From an uncultured Acidobacteriota bacterium (GTDB taxonomy: Bacteria > Acidobacteriota > Vicinamibacteria > Vicinamibacterales > CAVVIG01): a stretch of 64,000 nucleotides of DNA. The translations under genes were made by a program, and so were the position numbers. The stretch is taken from NCBI GenBank assembly GCA_963724725.1, contig CAVRVT010000001.1:93874-157873 (forward strand), in the 5' to 3' direction. The notes under the pieces were generated by a model, which was given only the letters and a program-made list of their open reading frames with translations, did no database searches and had not been told where the DNA came from. Below, piece after piece: positions 28,750 through 39,211 of the stretch. Positions within the stretch are counted from its first letter, which is position 1, and each line of letters opens with the position of its first letter.

Positions 28750-29298
28750 TCATTCGCTGTTTACGGTCGGGTCGGTCCGATCGACCAAATTGAGGTCGAT
28801 CGCGTCATCACGTCGGGGCGAGCCGTCCGGTGCGACTGCAATCCGACGCAACTCGCCCGGATCCAGCCAGTTCAATTGGCAACGTTCGCAGCTATCGATC
28901 ACCACGTTCCCGGGCCCCCCGTAGAGATGACTGAGCATTGGCTGTCCGCACGCGGGGCAGTTGATCGCGCGATCAGCTGGATTCTGACGACGCGGCAAAG
29001 CAATCCGAAACGCGCGTGCCTCGTGGACGCGCGCGGCGTCGATGATGGTGGCGAATCGGTTCATGTCGATCAGCATGCCGAAGCAGCGTGCGCAACAGAG
29101 AAGCGGATGACCCTCCACCCGACCGGCTGAAAGAGGCATGGAACAGATCGGGCAGAGACTCGACGTCTCACCCAGCAGTTCCACGTAAGGGATCGCTGCC
29201 GGCAGCTCCTGCTGACTGCCGCAATGGTCACACACAAGGAGGCCGTCCCCCTCGATCCGCATGGGTGCTCCGCAGCTGTCGCAGTTGGTCACTCCCAC
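28750..29298 (-). CDS. Zinc-ribbon protein with three tandem CxxC...CxxC zf-TFIIB-like modules
   Basis: Cys pairs CDSCG/CDHCG, CPICS/CCARC and CPACG/CERCQ. Confidence 0.55.
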   Translation of the reverse strand: MGVTNCDSCGAPMRIEGDGLLVCDHCGSQQELPAAIPYVELLGETSSLCPICSMPLSAGRVEGHPLLCCARCFGMLIDMNRFATIIDAARVHEARAFRIALPRRQNPADRAINCPACGQPMLSHLYGGPGNVVIDSCERCQLNWLDPGELRRIAVAPDGSPRRDDAIDLNLVDRTDPTVNSE

Positions 29299-30038
29299 CG
29301 AAATACCTTAGCCGATGCCGCCACGAGAACAAAGAACATCAGCGTCAACACGGATACGTCGCCGACGTGATCGAGCCAGCCTTCACCGCGCCAGATTCCT
29401 CTCAGCAGCGAGACCGCGTAGGTGAGCGGCAGCACGCGGGCAATCGCCTGCAGCAGCGGCGGCAGCGACTCGATCGGCACGAACAGACCGGAGAGCCCGA
29501 GCATTGGATAGAGAACCAGCGTGCCAATCGGCTGCGCGAAGCGCGCCGTGGGAACCACGCTGGCGATGAGAAATCCGAAAGACAGAATGCTCACCGTGCT
29601 GAAGAGCAGGGCCACTGCGAACGACAGCAGCGGGACGCTGGCAGGCACCGGATAGTAGCGTCGCCCAGCCAGGATCATGACGAGCAGCGTGACCGCCGTA
29701 AACAGCAGCTTGACCGTCACGTGCGCTGTCAGAATCGTGTACGGTCGCAGAGGCGTAGCCCTCAGCCGTCTGAGGATCCCGCCTTCGCGGTAAATCGCGA
29801 TGATGGCGACCAGCGAGAGTACGGCGCTCAGGGCAATCAAAACGGACGTCAGGATCGGCAGATCCACCGAGACGACAGACGGTACGTCAGGCGGGACTCT
29901 TCCCGGACGAGCGCCGAGCAATCGGCCCAACCCGACGTAGATCAATACCGGGATTCCAACCGTTCCAATCAGGCCCAGCGGCTCGCGTACGAAGATCTTG
30001 ATTTCGAGCCAGGTCAGTCTCCAGAAGCCGCGCAGCAT
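29289..30038 (-). CDS. ABC-2 family transporter permease
   Basis: Six TM helices. Coupled to the upstream ABC ATPase. Confidence 0.65.
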   Translation of the reverse strand: MLRGFWRLTWLEIKIFVREPLGLIGTVGIPVLIYVGLGRLLGARPGRVPPDVPSVVSVDLPILTSVLIALSAVLSLVAIIAIYREGGILRRLRATPLRPYTILTAHVTVKLLFTAVTLLVMILAGRRYYPVPASVPLLSFAVALLFSTVSILSFGFLIASVVPTARFAQPIGTLVLYPMLGLSGLFVPIESLPPLLQAIARVLPLTYAVSLLRGIWRGEGWLDHVGDVSVLTLMFFVLVAASAKVFRWE

Positions 30039-30050
30039 GAGTTCGGGACC

Positions 30051-30972
30051 TCAGTCGCGAATCTTGTGGCCAGTGAGTTTGAGAAACACGTCTTCGAGCG
30101 TCGGGAGTTCCGTGCGGAAATCGAGGACTCGGATGCGATGCTCGGCGATGCACTGAATCACGTGCGTCACCAGATAGTCCTCCCGGCCGCGAATCGTGAA
30201 CCGCACACCCTCCGTGCTCACCGACTCGACCTGCGGCATTGCCTGAAAACGATCGAGCGCGGAGACATCCTCGGTCGCGACGATCACGCTTCGCTCGGGG
30301 CAATGTCTTCGAACCAGTTCGGCAGGGGATCCGATGTCGATGATGCGACCGTGGTCGATGATCGCCACCCGATCGCAGAGCCGCTCGGCCTCCTCCATCA
30401 GATGCGTGGTCAGAAGGACCGTCTTGCCGCGCTGACGGATGCCCCGCACCAGATCCCAGATCGCCCGGCGCGCCTGCGGGTCGAGTCCCGTCGTCAATTC
30501 GTCGAGACATACCAGTTCGGGATCGTTGATGAGCGCGAGCGCGATGAACAAGCGCTGTTTCTGACCGCCGGAGAGCGTCATGAACCAGGCGTTGCGCTTG
30601 TCGCTCAGGCCGAGCTGATCGATCAGGCGATCGCCGTCAACCGGTTTCCGGTACAGAGACGCCCAGAGGGCAACGGCTTCCCGGACCTTGATGCGCTTCT
30701 GAAGCTGCGCTTCCTGAAGCTGCACGCCGATTCGTTCCTGTAGCGTGTACAGCGTCTCGTGCGGGATTCAGTCCCAGCACCGAGATGACGCCCCGATCGG
30801 GCGTGCGCAGACCCTCGACGCATTCCATCGTGGTGGTCTTGCCGGCGCCGTTTGGACCGATCAGCCCGAAGATTTCCCCAGCGTGCACGTCGAACGAGAC
30901 GCCGTCGACCGCGACGGTCCGCCCGTAGGTCTTCTGGATTTCGGCCACGTGAATCACAGGCCCATACGTCAT
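30051..30972 (-). pseudogene. ABC transporter ATP-binding protein with apparent single-base frameshift near 30745-30765
   Basis: N-terminal part (ORF 30637-30972) carries Walker A GPNGAGKTT. C-terminal part (ORF 30051-30725) carries LSGGQKQRL and LDELTTGLD. The join is 'LGLNPARD|LYTLQERIGVQ'. Confidence 0.7.
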
Positions 30973-31091
30973 ACAGAAGCTGCCGGATCATTCTGTCATG
31001 CGTTGTCGATTGGATGACCAAGGATGATGGTCTCAAGCGCTAAGATAGCGGCACCGCCGACGGTCATTGGCGACGCCATTGGAGAACACAC

Positions 31092-32909
31092 GTGACTGAC
31101 GCGCAACTCTGGACGATGGGTCCGATCTTGATCGTGGTGTTCGTGTTTCTCGTCGCCGTCTTGTTCTATCGGGCCGTGGCCCGCCTCTTCGGCGTCGTCA
31201 TCGTGCCGGAAGACTCGGTGGGCATCGTCAACAAGAAGTACGCGCTGGTCGGGCAGCATCGCACGTTGCCGCCTGGCGCCATCATCGCGCTGAGCGGCGA
31301 GGCGGGGCTGCAGGCCGATGCGCTCGCGCCGGGCCTTCACTTCGGTCTCTGGCCGTGGCAGTACATCGTCACGCTGCAGAAGTTCATCACGATCAGTCAG
31401 GACACGATCGGCATCGTAGAAGCGCGCGACGGCCATCCGTTGAAAGATGGCCACGTCCTCGCGCGCCGCGTGAACTGCAATTCGTTTCAGGACGCACGGG
31501 CATTTCTCGAAGGCGGCGGCGAGCGCGGGCCGCAGATGACCGTGATCCCGCCGGGCACCTACCGCATCAACACCGCCCTGTTCACCGTGCAGGCCGTAAA
31601 GGTGCTCGACATCCCCGACAACATGGTGGGCATCGTGACCACGAAGGAGGGTCGTCCGCTGGCGGCCGGAGAGATTGCCAGTCAGCCGGTGGAAGGGCAC
31701 AACTCCTTTCAGGATGCGCAGGCGTTCGTCGACGCGGGTGGCGGCAAAGGTTTGCAGGAGCAGGTCATCCTGGCGGGCCGCTACTTCATCAATCCACGGT
31801 TTGCGACGGTCGAGATCAAGGAAACGACGATCGTGCCGATCGCCAACGTTGGCGTCGTCATCGCCTACATCGGCCGTGAAGGCAGGGACGTGACCGGCGA
31901 CGCCTTCAAGCACGGCAATCTGGTGAACAAGGGCGAAAAGGGCGTGTGGGTGGAGCCGATGGATCCGGGCAAGTATCCGATCAACCCGTACACGCATCGC
32001 GTGGAGATCGTCCCGACGGCCAACGTGGTGCTGAACTGGGCGACGGGCAAGACGGAGGCGCACAATCTCGACAAGAACCTCTCGACGATTACTGTCCGCT
32101 CGTCGGATGGTTTCACCTTCAATCTGGACGTCAGCCAGATCATTCACATCCCCCGCTCGGAAGCGCCGAAGGTGATCGCGCGATTCGGCAGCATGGTCAA
32201 TCTGGTGACGCAAGTGCTCGAGCCCACTATCGGCAACTACTTCAGAAACGCTGCGCAGGGATCCGACGTCATCGACTTCCTGCGGACGCGGCGCGAGCGA
32301 CAGGACGATGCGAGGAAACAGATCTCTTCGGCGCTGACCGACTACAACGTCGTGGCCGTGGACACCCTGATCGGCGACATCACGCCGCCCGAGGCGTTGA
32401 TGACGACGCTGACCGACCGGAAGCTTGCCGAGCAGGAGAAGGTCACGTACGACACGCAGCGCCTCGCCGAGGAAACGCGGAAGGAGCTCCAGCAGGCGAC
32501 GGCGATGGCTGACACGCAAGCGAGTGTTGTCGCAGCCGAGCGTCAGGTGCAGATCCAGGAGTTCCAGGCCAGCGCGGCGGTCAAGACTGCTGAAGGCCAG
32601 GCCGCCTCCCGGAAACTCGTCGCCGATGGTGAAGCGTATGCGACCCGCGCTACGGGAAACGCGGATGCGGAAAAAACGAAGGCGGTCGGCACCGCAGAGG
32701 CAGACGTGATCAAGCTGAAGATTGCCTCGATGGATTCAGGCAACTACGCTGGGATCGAGATTTCGAAGGCGCTTGCCTCGAGCGGCTTCAAGCTCGTCCC
32801 CGACGTCGTCGTGAGTGGCAGCGGTGGGAGCGGCGCTGACGCCAATTCGCTCGTCAGCGTGCTCCTGGCGAATCTCATTCAGGAAGGCCGCGGCAAGCGC
32901 CACGAATAG
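31092..32909 (+). CDS. SPFH/Band-7 domain protein (flotillin/YqiK-like)
   Basis: N-terminal TM helix, SPFH core and long C-terminal coiled-coil (Ala/Glu/Gln-rich). Confidence 0.65.
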   Translation: MTDAQLWTMGPILIVVFVFLVAVLFYRAVARLFGVVIVPEDSVGIVNKKYALVGQHRTLPPGAIIALSGEAGLQADALAPGLHFGLWPWQYIVTLQKFITISQDTIGIVEARDGHPLKDGHVLARRVNCNSFQDARAFLEGGGERGPQMTVIPPGTYRINTALFTVQAVKVLDIPDNMVGIVTTKEGRPLAAGEIASQPVEGHNSFQDAQAFVDAGGGKGLQEQVILAGRYFINPRFATVEIKETTIVPIANVGVVIAYIGREGRDVTGDAFKHGNLVNKGEKGVWVEPMDPGKYPINPYTHRVEIVPTANVVLNWATGKTEAHNLDKNLSTITVRSSDGFTFNLDVSQIIHIPRSEAPKVIARFGSMVNLVTQVLEPTIGNYFRNAAQGSDVIDFLRTRRERQDDARKQISSALTDYNVVAVDTLIGDITPPEALMTTLTDRKLAEQEKVTYDTQRLAEETRKELQQATAMADTQASVVAAERQVQIQEFQASAAVKTAEGQAASRKLVADGEAYATRATGNADAEKTKAVGTAEADVIKLKIASMDSGNYAGIEISKALASSGFKLVPDVVVSGSGGSGADANSLVSVLLANLIQEGRGKRHE

Positions 32910-32947
32910 GGCCTCAGCCTCCTGACCGACTCGCAATCACCCTCCTG

Positions 32948-32977
32948 GAGAGCCTTCAGAAACGCGATGAGATCCGA
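32948..32977. repeat. 30-bp direct repeat copy 1 (duplicate of the 3' end of the cytochrome c peroxidase gene)
   Basis: gagagccttcagaaacgcgatgagatccga matches 33927-33956 (gagtgccttcagaaacgcgatgagatccga) at 29 of 30 positions. Confidence 0.8.
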
Positions 32978-33003
32978 TGCACTCGGGCTGGCTCCATGCC
33001 AGC

Positions 33004-33867
33004 CTAGGGCAAATGGGCGGCTCGGTCTTCGGACACGGCCGCCAGCTCCAGCCGTTCGCAAAACGCCCGCAGGCGTCCGTTGAACGCGGTCGCATCATCC
33101 CAGAAGGGCGCGTGGCCCGCGCCGGGCATCATCGCGATTTCAGCGTGGGGCAGACCGGCGGCGTGCTGGTCGACCACGGCTGGTTTGAGAATCGCATCCA
33201 GCTCGCCATGCACAATCAGCACGGGCTTCCGTAGCCTCGGCAGGAGATCATCGTTGTCGAACGAGCGTGAAAGGAGCGCTCGGCGGACGTTTGGCGGGAC
33301 GGACACGTTGTACCCGAGCATGAGATACAGGTCCTCAGCCCGAGCCTCCTGAGTGAGGCACATCCGGATTAACGACCGAAGACTCCGTGTGCTTTCTTCA
33401 ACGTCCGGCGAAAAGAATCCGGGAACAAGGCCAAGAAACTCCGGGGTGAGGACTGACATGGCGTCCTCACTGCCAAGCTTCGTGATGCCGTCGACGAAAA
33501 CCATCCCGCCTGCGGCGTCCTCGCCGTATCGGCGGATGTAGTCGAGAATCACGAGCGGTCCGTACGACCAGCCACACAGGACCGGGTGATCGAGGTTCAG
33601 CCCCCGAAGGACGGCGTTGACGTCATCGGCCCACAACCCGGAGTCGGCGTAACCGTCGAGAGGCTTCTCCGACAGGCCGTGTCCCCTCATGTCCATTGCA
33701 ACCAGACGGTAGCGGTCGGCCAGGTCGGAAGTCACCTGCCGGCCCCAGGCGAGCCAGCATTGCGATAAACCGTGGATGAAAAGAATCGGACGGCCGCGAG
33801 GATTGCCCGTTTCGACGACGTGAAGTTGTGTTCCGCCACCACCTGAAATCATGTGATGCTTCATCAC
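33004..33867 (-). CDS. Alpha/beta hydrolase fold protein
   Basis: 'ILFIHGLSQ' and nucleophile elbow 'GWSYGP' with C-terminal His region. Flanked by the 30-bp direct repeats. Confidence 0.75.
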   Translation of the reverse strand: MMKHHMISGGGGTQLHVVETGNPRGRPILFIHGLSQCWLAWGRQVTSDLADRYRLVAMDMRGHGLSEKPLDGYADSGLWADDVNAVLRGLNLDHPVLCGWSYGPLVILDYIRRYGEDAAGGMVFVDGITKLGSEDAMSVLTPEFLGLVPGFFSPDVEESTRSLRSLIRMCLTQEARAEDLYLMLGYNVSVPPNVRRALLSRSFDNDDLLPRLRKPVLIVHGELDAILKPAVVDQHAAGLPHAEIAMMPGAGHAPFWDDATAFNGRLRAFCERLELAAVSEDRAAHLP

Positions 33868-33923
33868 GCTTTCCTCCTGCTGCGGCTGCTGCCCGCATTC
33901 GGGCGGTTCGCGTCCGAGGCTTG

Positions 33924-35321
33924 CTAGAGTGCCTTCAGAAACGCGATGAGATCCGACCGCTCCTGCGCCGTCAGCCCGATGTTGAACCGGCTCTCGTAAA
34001 AGTCAAGGACATCATCGAACGTGGCCGCAAAGCCGTTGTGAAAATACGGCGCCCTGGCGGCCAGGCCTCGCAGAATCGGCCCTTTGAACTTGCCGACGTC
34101 TGCCCACTTGCCGGTGACCATCGCCCGGCCTGGATCGGTCGTCTGCATCGTCTCGCCGGTGGAAATGCGCCGCAGCGTGTAGAGCGGCATGTCTGCGGTG
34201 CGGCGCGAGGCGTCGGTCAATCCGATATTGAGCGGCGCCTTGACCGAGTGATCGCCGGCGTTCGGGGTGTCGTGGCACGTCGTGCACGTGCCGGTGAACG
34301 GATCGGGGACCGTGACGCCGCTCGGGAACGTCTGGTTGTTCAATCCGGCAACCCCGGTGAGCACGATCGGCTTCGTGTTGAAGATCTCCTGGCCGCGGGC
34401 GATGGCACGGCGAGCCCGCTGGATGTCACGACGAGGGTCGGTCGCGCGGGCCCACGCACCGAACAGCGTGAACGCCCTCGGGTCGAACGCCGCGCCGGTG
34501 GGATTCAATCCGACCGGATCGTTGATACCGGTGAAAAACGGCTCGCTCGACAGCGCGACGGGCCCTCCTGTCGCTCCAGACGCCCGCAGCGAGCCCGCGT
34601 CGTCGCTCACCGCCTGCGCCGTGAACAGAGCGGTTTCGAACGCGACGATCGCCTGCTTTTCCAGATCGGTCAGGTGCCGCGCCGACTGGGCGTGGCCCAT
34701 CGTGGCGTCGTCGGCCTGCTGCGCGAGGTCCTGAAGGACGGTGGTGGTCGCGGAGGATTCGCGGCCGTCCCACATCACGGCGCTCAGGAAGCCGAGATTC
34801 GTCGAGGGCAGCGGCCGACGGTACATTGATGCGCCGGTCAGGGGCGCGTTGCATCCGTACGGGTCGTCCACGCTGTCGATGATGAACTCGGCGTTCGGCG
34901 GCACGTCGATGCCGATCCTGATGAGTCCCCGCGACAGGAGAAGACTGAACGCCTTTCGTCGCTTGGCGAGCGTGCTGATGTCAGCGTTCTCGCAATTGGA
35001 GCCGTCGTTGGCCCGGAAGATCGGATCGAGTCCGCGTGAGGCCGTGAACCGTTGTTGAACATCGTCTGGCGTAACCGTCCAGCCCTGGTCGGGCCGGTGA
35101 CAGGAAAAGCACACACGGCCGTTGGTTCCGAGGTCCTGGAAAAACGGGTTATTCAAGTCGAAGGATCCGTTGGTCGTGAAGGTGCGCAGCTGCCCGAAGG
35201 GGTCTGGCGACGCGATGAGATCATCGGCTCGGTCGGCCCGGGCCGGCCGACCGGAGAGAGACAGCGCCGCCGCCATTGTCGCGAGGGAGATGCCGAGGTA
35301 CGAGAAGCGTCGATGCAGCAT
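33924..35321 (-). CDS. Di-haem cytochrome c peroxidase family protein (CCP/MauG-like), secreted
   Basis: Signal peptide and two CxxCH haem-binding motifs (CFSCH, CTTCH). Confidence 0.75.
   Translation of the reverse strand: MLHRRFSYLGISLATMAAALSLSGRPARADRADDLIASPDPFGQLRTFTTNGSFDLNNPFFQDLGTNGRVCFSCHRPDQGWTVTPDDVQQRFTASRGLDPIFRANDGSNCENADISTLAKRRKAFSLLLSRGLIRIGIDVPPNAEFIIDSVDDPYGCNAPLTGASMYRRPLPSTNLGFLSAVMWDGRESSATTTVLQDLAQQADDATMGHAQSARHLTDLEKQAIVAFETALFTAQAVSDDAGSLRASGATGGPVALSSEPFFTGINDPVGLNPTGAAFDPRAFTLFGAWARATDPRRDIQRARRAIARGQEIFNTKPIVLTGVAGLNNQTFPSGVTVPDPFTGTCTTCHDTPNAGDHSVKAPLNIGLTDASRRTADMPLYTLRRISTGETMQTTDPGRAMVTGKWADVGKFKGPILRGLAARAPYFHNGFAATFDDVLDFYESRFNIGLTAQERSDLIAFLKAL
33927..33956. 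repeat. 30-bp direct repeat copy 2 (authentic 3' end and stop codon of the cytochrome c peroxidase gene)
   Basis: Matches 32948-32977. Confidence 0.8.
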
Positions 35322-35365
35322 GACTTCTCCTTTACTCCTTGTTGCGGAAACGCCAGGCCGGATTG

Positions 35366-35386
35366 GCTCACCAATCTTTGGTGAGC
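35366..35386. promoter_or_regulatory. Perfect 9-bp-arm palindrome GCTCACCAA-tct-TTGGTGAGC in a divergent intergenic region
   Basis: Seen directly in the sequence between the CCP gene start and the ECF sigma gene. Confidence 0.5.
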
Positions 35387-35426
35387 ACGGAGGCGTTCCC
35401 GTTACGGTCCGTGTCGTTGACTTGAC

Positions 35427-36074
35427 GTGGGCGGGGGACTATCTTCCAGCGAAATCCTCGTGGTGGGACCCGGACAAGTCGTGGCTCTGCCGTCGCAACG
35501 CGTGACCGAACTGCTGGTCCAATGGCGAGCGGGCGACGAGGACGCCCTGCAGGCACTCGTGCCCCTCGTGTACAACGAGCTCCGGGCGGTGGCGCACCGC
35601 TACCTCCGGCGCGAGCGGCGGTCGCATACGCTGCAATCCGAAGCGCTCGTTCACGAAGCGTACCTACGCCTTCTTGACGGACGACCGTTGGCTACCGAAA
35701 ATCGCGCGCACTTCGTCGCTGTCGCGGCGCGGTTGATGCGGCAGATTCTCGTCGACTACGCGAGGCGTCATCAGGCGGCCAAGCGCGGCACCGGACAGCA
35801 GGTCGAATTGACGCTCGGCATCGAGCCCGCGCAGTCGCCGCGTATGGACATCGTGGCTCTGGACGATGCGTTGAACGCGCTGTCGCGGCGTGACGCGCAA
35901 CAGGGCCGAATCGTCGAGCTGCGGTTCTTCGGCGGCCTGACGATTGAGGAAGCCGCCCTGGCGCTCGATATCTCTCCGGCTACCGTCAAACGCGACTGGG
36001 CGATGGCGCGGGCGTGGTTGTCGCGTGAAATAAAAAAAGGTCGTCATGGACGAGGCACAATGGAGCAGCGCTAA
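35427..36074 (+). CDS. ECF sigma factor of the kinase-associated type (ECF sigma-70, TIGR02999-like); start uncertain
   Basis: 'VTELLVQWRAGDEDALQALVPLVYNELRAVAHRYL' N-terminal signature and C-terminal HTH 'LRFFGGLTIEEAALALDISPATVKRDWAMARAWL'. Overlaps the kinase gene. Confidence 0.7.
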   Translation: MGGGLSSSEILVVGPGQVVALPSQRVTELLVQWRAGDEDALQALVPLVYNELRAVAHRYLRRERRSHTLQSEALVHEAYLRLLDGRPLATENRAHFVAVAARLMRQILVDYARRHQAAKRGTGQQVELTLGIEPAQSPRMDIVALDDALNALSRRDAQQGRIVELRFFGGLTIEEAALALDISPATVKRDWAMARAWLSREIKKGRHGRGTMEQR

Positions 36075-38827
36075 GGACATCTTCGCAGCAGCGCTCGAAC
36101 GCGATCCCGGCGATCGGGATGCCTTTTTGCGCAACGCCTGTGGCGAAGACGAATTCCTGCGGCTCGAAGTCCAGTCGCTCCTCTCCGCCTACCACACGTC
36201 CGACGGGCTCTCCACCCCGGCGTGGCTCGATCCGTCCGGCGCCGGCGCGACCGCCGCCGGCAGGATGATCGGTCCCTACCGGCTGATGCGGAAGCTGGGC
36301 GAAGGCGGAATGGGCCAGGTCTGGCTCGCGGAGCAAACCACGCCGGTGCGACGCCAGGTCGCGCTCAAGCTGGTCCGCGTCGGAATCTACGACGATGCGG
36401 TTCTGCAGCGCTTCCGTGCGGAATGGCAATCGCTGGCGATGATGGATCATCCGGCCATTGCCAAGGTGTTCGACGCCGGCGCCACGCCCGATGGCCAACC
36501 GTTCCTCGTGATGGACTACGTGCAAGGCGAGCCCATCACCGACTACTGCAACCGCAAGAAGCTGAAGATTCGCGAGCGGCTGGACTTGTTCCTCGCCGCG
36601 TGTGAAGGCGTCCAGCACGCGCATCAGAAGGCCGTCATCCACCGCGATTTGAAACCAGCGAATCTTCTGGTCGTCGAGGACAACGGCAGGCCCACACCGC
36701 ACATCATCGATTTCGGTCTGGCGAAGGCCGTGACTCCGGATGCCGACGACCCGAGGATGTTGACCCGCGCCGGCACCTTCGTTGGCACGCCGGGTTACAT
36801 GAGCCCCGAGCAGGCGGACCCGGGTGCCCATGACGTGGATACCCGGACCGATGTGTACTCGCTCGGGGCGATGCTCTACGAGCTGTTGACGGGGACGCTG
36901 CCGATCGCCGAAAGACGGAATCAGCCGCTCGATGAAGTCTTGCGGAAATTGCGGGAAGAAGATCCGCCCCGGCCGAGCACCAGGATCGACGCGACGTCCT
37001 CGACGACGGCCGATGAGCGTGGTACGGAACCCAGGCAGCTCGCCCGTCAGCTGCGAGGAGATCTCGATTCCATCACCATGAAGGCGCTCGAGCGGGACCG
37101 GGCGCGGCGATTCGGATCGCCCGCGGAGCTCGCAGACGATGTCAGGCGGTATTTGCTGAAGCAGCCGATTCTCGCGCGGCCGGCAAGCCGCGTCTACCGG
37201 CTGCAGCAAGTACGTCCAGCGGCACCGCCTTGGCGTCTCGGCGGCGGCGGTCATCCTGCTTCTGCTCGTCGGGTCGGCGATCGTGCAGGCGGTCGAGCTC
37301 CGGCGGATTACGCGCGAACGCGACCGCGCGAATCGAATCACGGATTTCATGAGCGGCATGTTCAGGGTCGCGGACCCGAGCGAAACGCGCGGGAACAGCG
37401 TCACGGCCCGCGAGATCCTGGACAAGGCCGCGAAGGACGTCGAGACCGGGCTCGCGAAGGATCCGTTGCTTCAGGCGCAGATGATGGATCTCATCGGCAA
37501 CGTGTATGCAAGCCTGGGCCTGTACGCGAGCGCGCAGTCGCTGCTCGAGCAGGCGGTCCAGGTCTGGACGCGCACCGCCGGCGCGGACACTCCCCCTGAA
37601 CTGACCTCGCAACACAATCTCGCCGAGACGCTCGGCCGCCGCGGCCGTTACGTCGAGGCAGAAAAGCTCGAGCGGCGGACGTGGGAAGCCTTCCGACGGA
37701 TCCTGGGGCCGGACCACCCGGACACGCTCAAATCAATGGCGAGCCTGGCGATCACGCTCGAGAATCAGAACCGGCTGCAGGAAGCCGAACAGCTCAATCG
37801 AGAGGCGGTCGAGCTTGCGCGCCGTGCACTCGGTGAGGACCATCCGGACACACTGCGTCCGATCAACAGCCTCGCGAACGTCCTTCAGCGGCAGGCTCAC
37901 TACACAGACGCCGAGAAATACCACACCGAGGTGCTCGAGCGGCGGCGGCGGGTGCTCGGCACCGAGCATCCGCAGACCATCATCACGATGCAGGGGCTCG
38001 CCGGCGATTTTCGGGGAGAGGGCAGGTTCGTCGAGGCGGAACGCATGGACCGCGAGACCCTCGAGATCCGTCGCCACATGTTCGGACTGGCCCATCAGCA
38101 CACGCTGTCGGCGATGCTGAGCCTCGCCCGCGACATCGCCCGTCAAGGCCGGTACGCCGAGGCCGAGGCGATCGACCGACAGGCGCTCGACATCGCGCGG
38201 AGCGCGCTTGGTCCTGAACACCCGGATACGGCTTCCCTCATGATCAATCTTGCGCTCTACATCCACGAACGGGGAGGGTATTCAGAGTCCGAGCAGCTCA
38301 ATCGTGCCGCGATCGAAATCAACCGCCGCGTTCTCGGACCGGAGCACGCCTACACCCTGGCGCCGATGAACAACCTCGCGCGGGACCTCGCCATGGAAGG
38401 CAAGCTCCACGAAGCGGAACTGCTGGCGAGGCAGACCTTGGACGGCTCGCGCCGCACCCTGGGCCCCGATCACCCCACCACCATCGACTTCATGCAGGCG
38501 CTACGCGGCTACTTGAAGGACGAACATCTGTACGTCGAGGCGGAAGAGCTGTCGCGGCAACTGGTCGAAATCATGCGACGTCTCCATGGCGTCGCCGACA
38601 CCAGCACCGCTGAGGCATCGTACGAGCTCGGCACGGTCCTCGCGCTGGAGGGCAAGCCGGATGACGCGGTCGCCGCTCTCAGCGATGCGGTCGAGCACGG
38701 TTTGCAGCGCGAGAAGCTCACCGCGATGCAGACCGATGCCACTCTCAAGTCGCTGCGCAACAGCGCTGGCTTCAAAGCCGTCGTCGCCGATGCCAGGCGA
38801 CGCGCCAGCGCTTCGAAGCCGGAATGA
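36046..38827 (+). CDS. Ser/Thr protein kinase-TM-TPR protein, with an apparent frameshift near 37200-37225
   Basis: Hanks kinase motifs GEGGMGQV, HRDLKPAN, DFGLAK and GTPGYMSPE are followed by a TM helix and TPR repeats. The helix ('RHRLGVSAAAVILLLLVGSAIV') and the TPRs (ORF 37283-38827) are in the +1 frame. Confidence 0.75.
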
Positions 38828-39211
38828 CGCGGCGGTCACTCGCTATGGCACCAGCATCCGGATCCAGCCGTCCTGACGTGACGTCAGCCGGAGCTCGCCG
38901 TCGCGCGTGCGGATAGAGCTGGATCTCCTCGATCGGCGCGACGGTCCGCGGAATCCCGTCGTCGGCCTTCTTCATCGCCGCGGTGTCGGTGGCAAAGACC
39001 CGGCTATGCCGTTCTCCCAGTAACCCTCGCGCTTCATTCACCACGTCGGATTTGGTGTCAGCGTTGTCGGGCTGGTCGAGATCGCGCGTGTGCGCACAAC
39101 GGCACGCCACCACTGTAATGAAAGCGCGTCAGCCATCACTACTAGTGACGTGACGTTACAAAGCTACCGGAACATCGTCTGGGGAGGAGGATAAGCGCGG
39201 CACTCACCTCG

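Noticed and set aside
36046-38827. Kinase and TPR protein as two separate genes (ORFs 36046-37599 and 37283-38827)
   Set aside because: The TPR-frame ORF extends upstream through a clean TM helix and the conserved 'YVQRHRLGV' juxtamembrane motif that continues the kinase. A single indel explains the split better than two genes. The kinase-frame tail after residue about 390 is Arg/Gly-rich junk.
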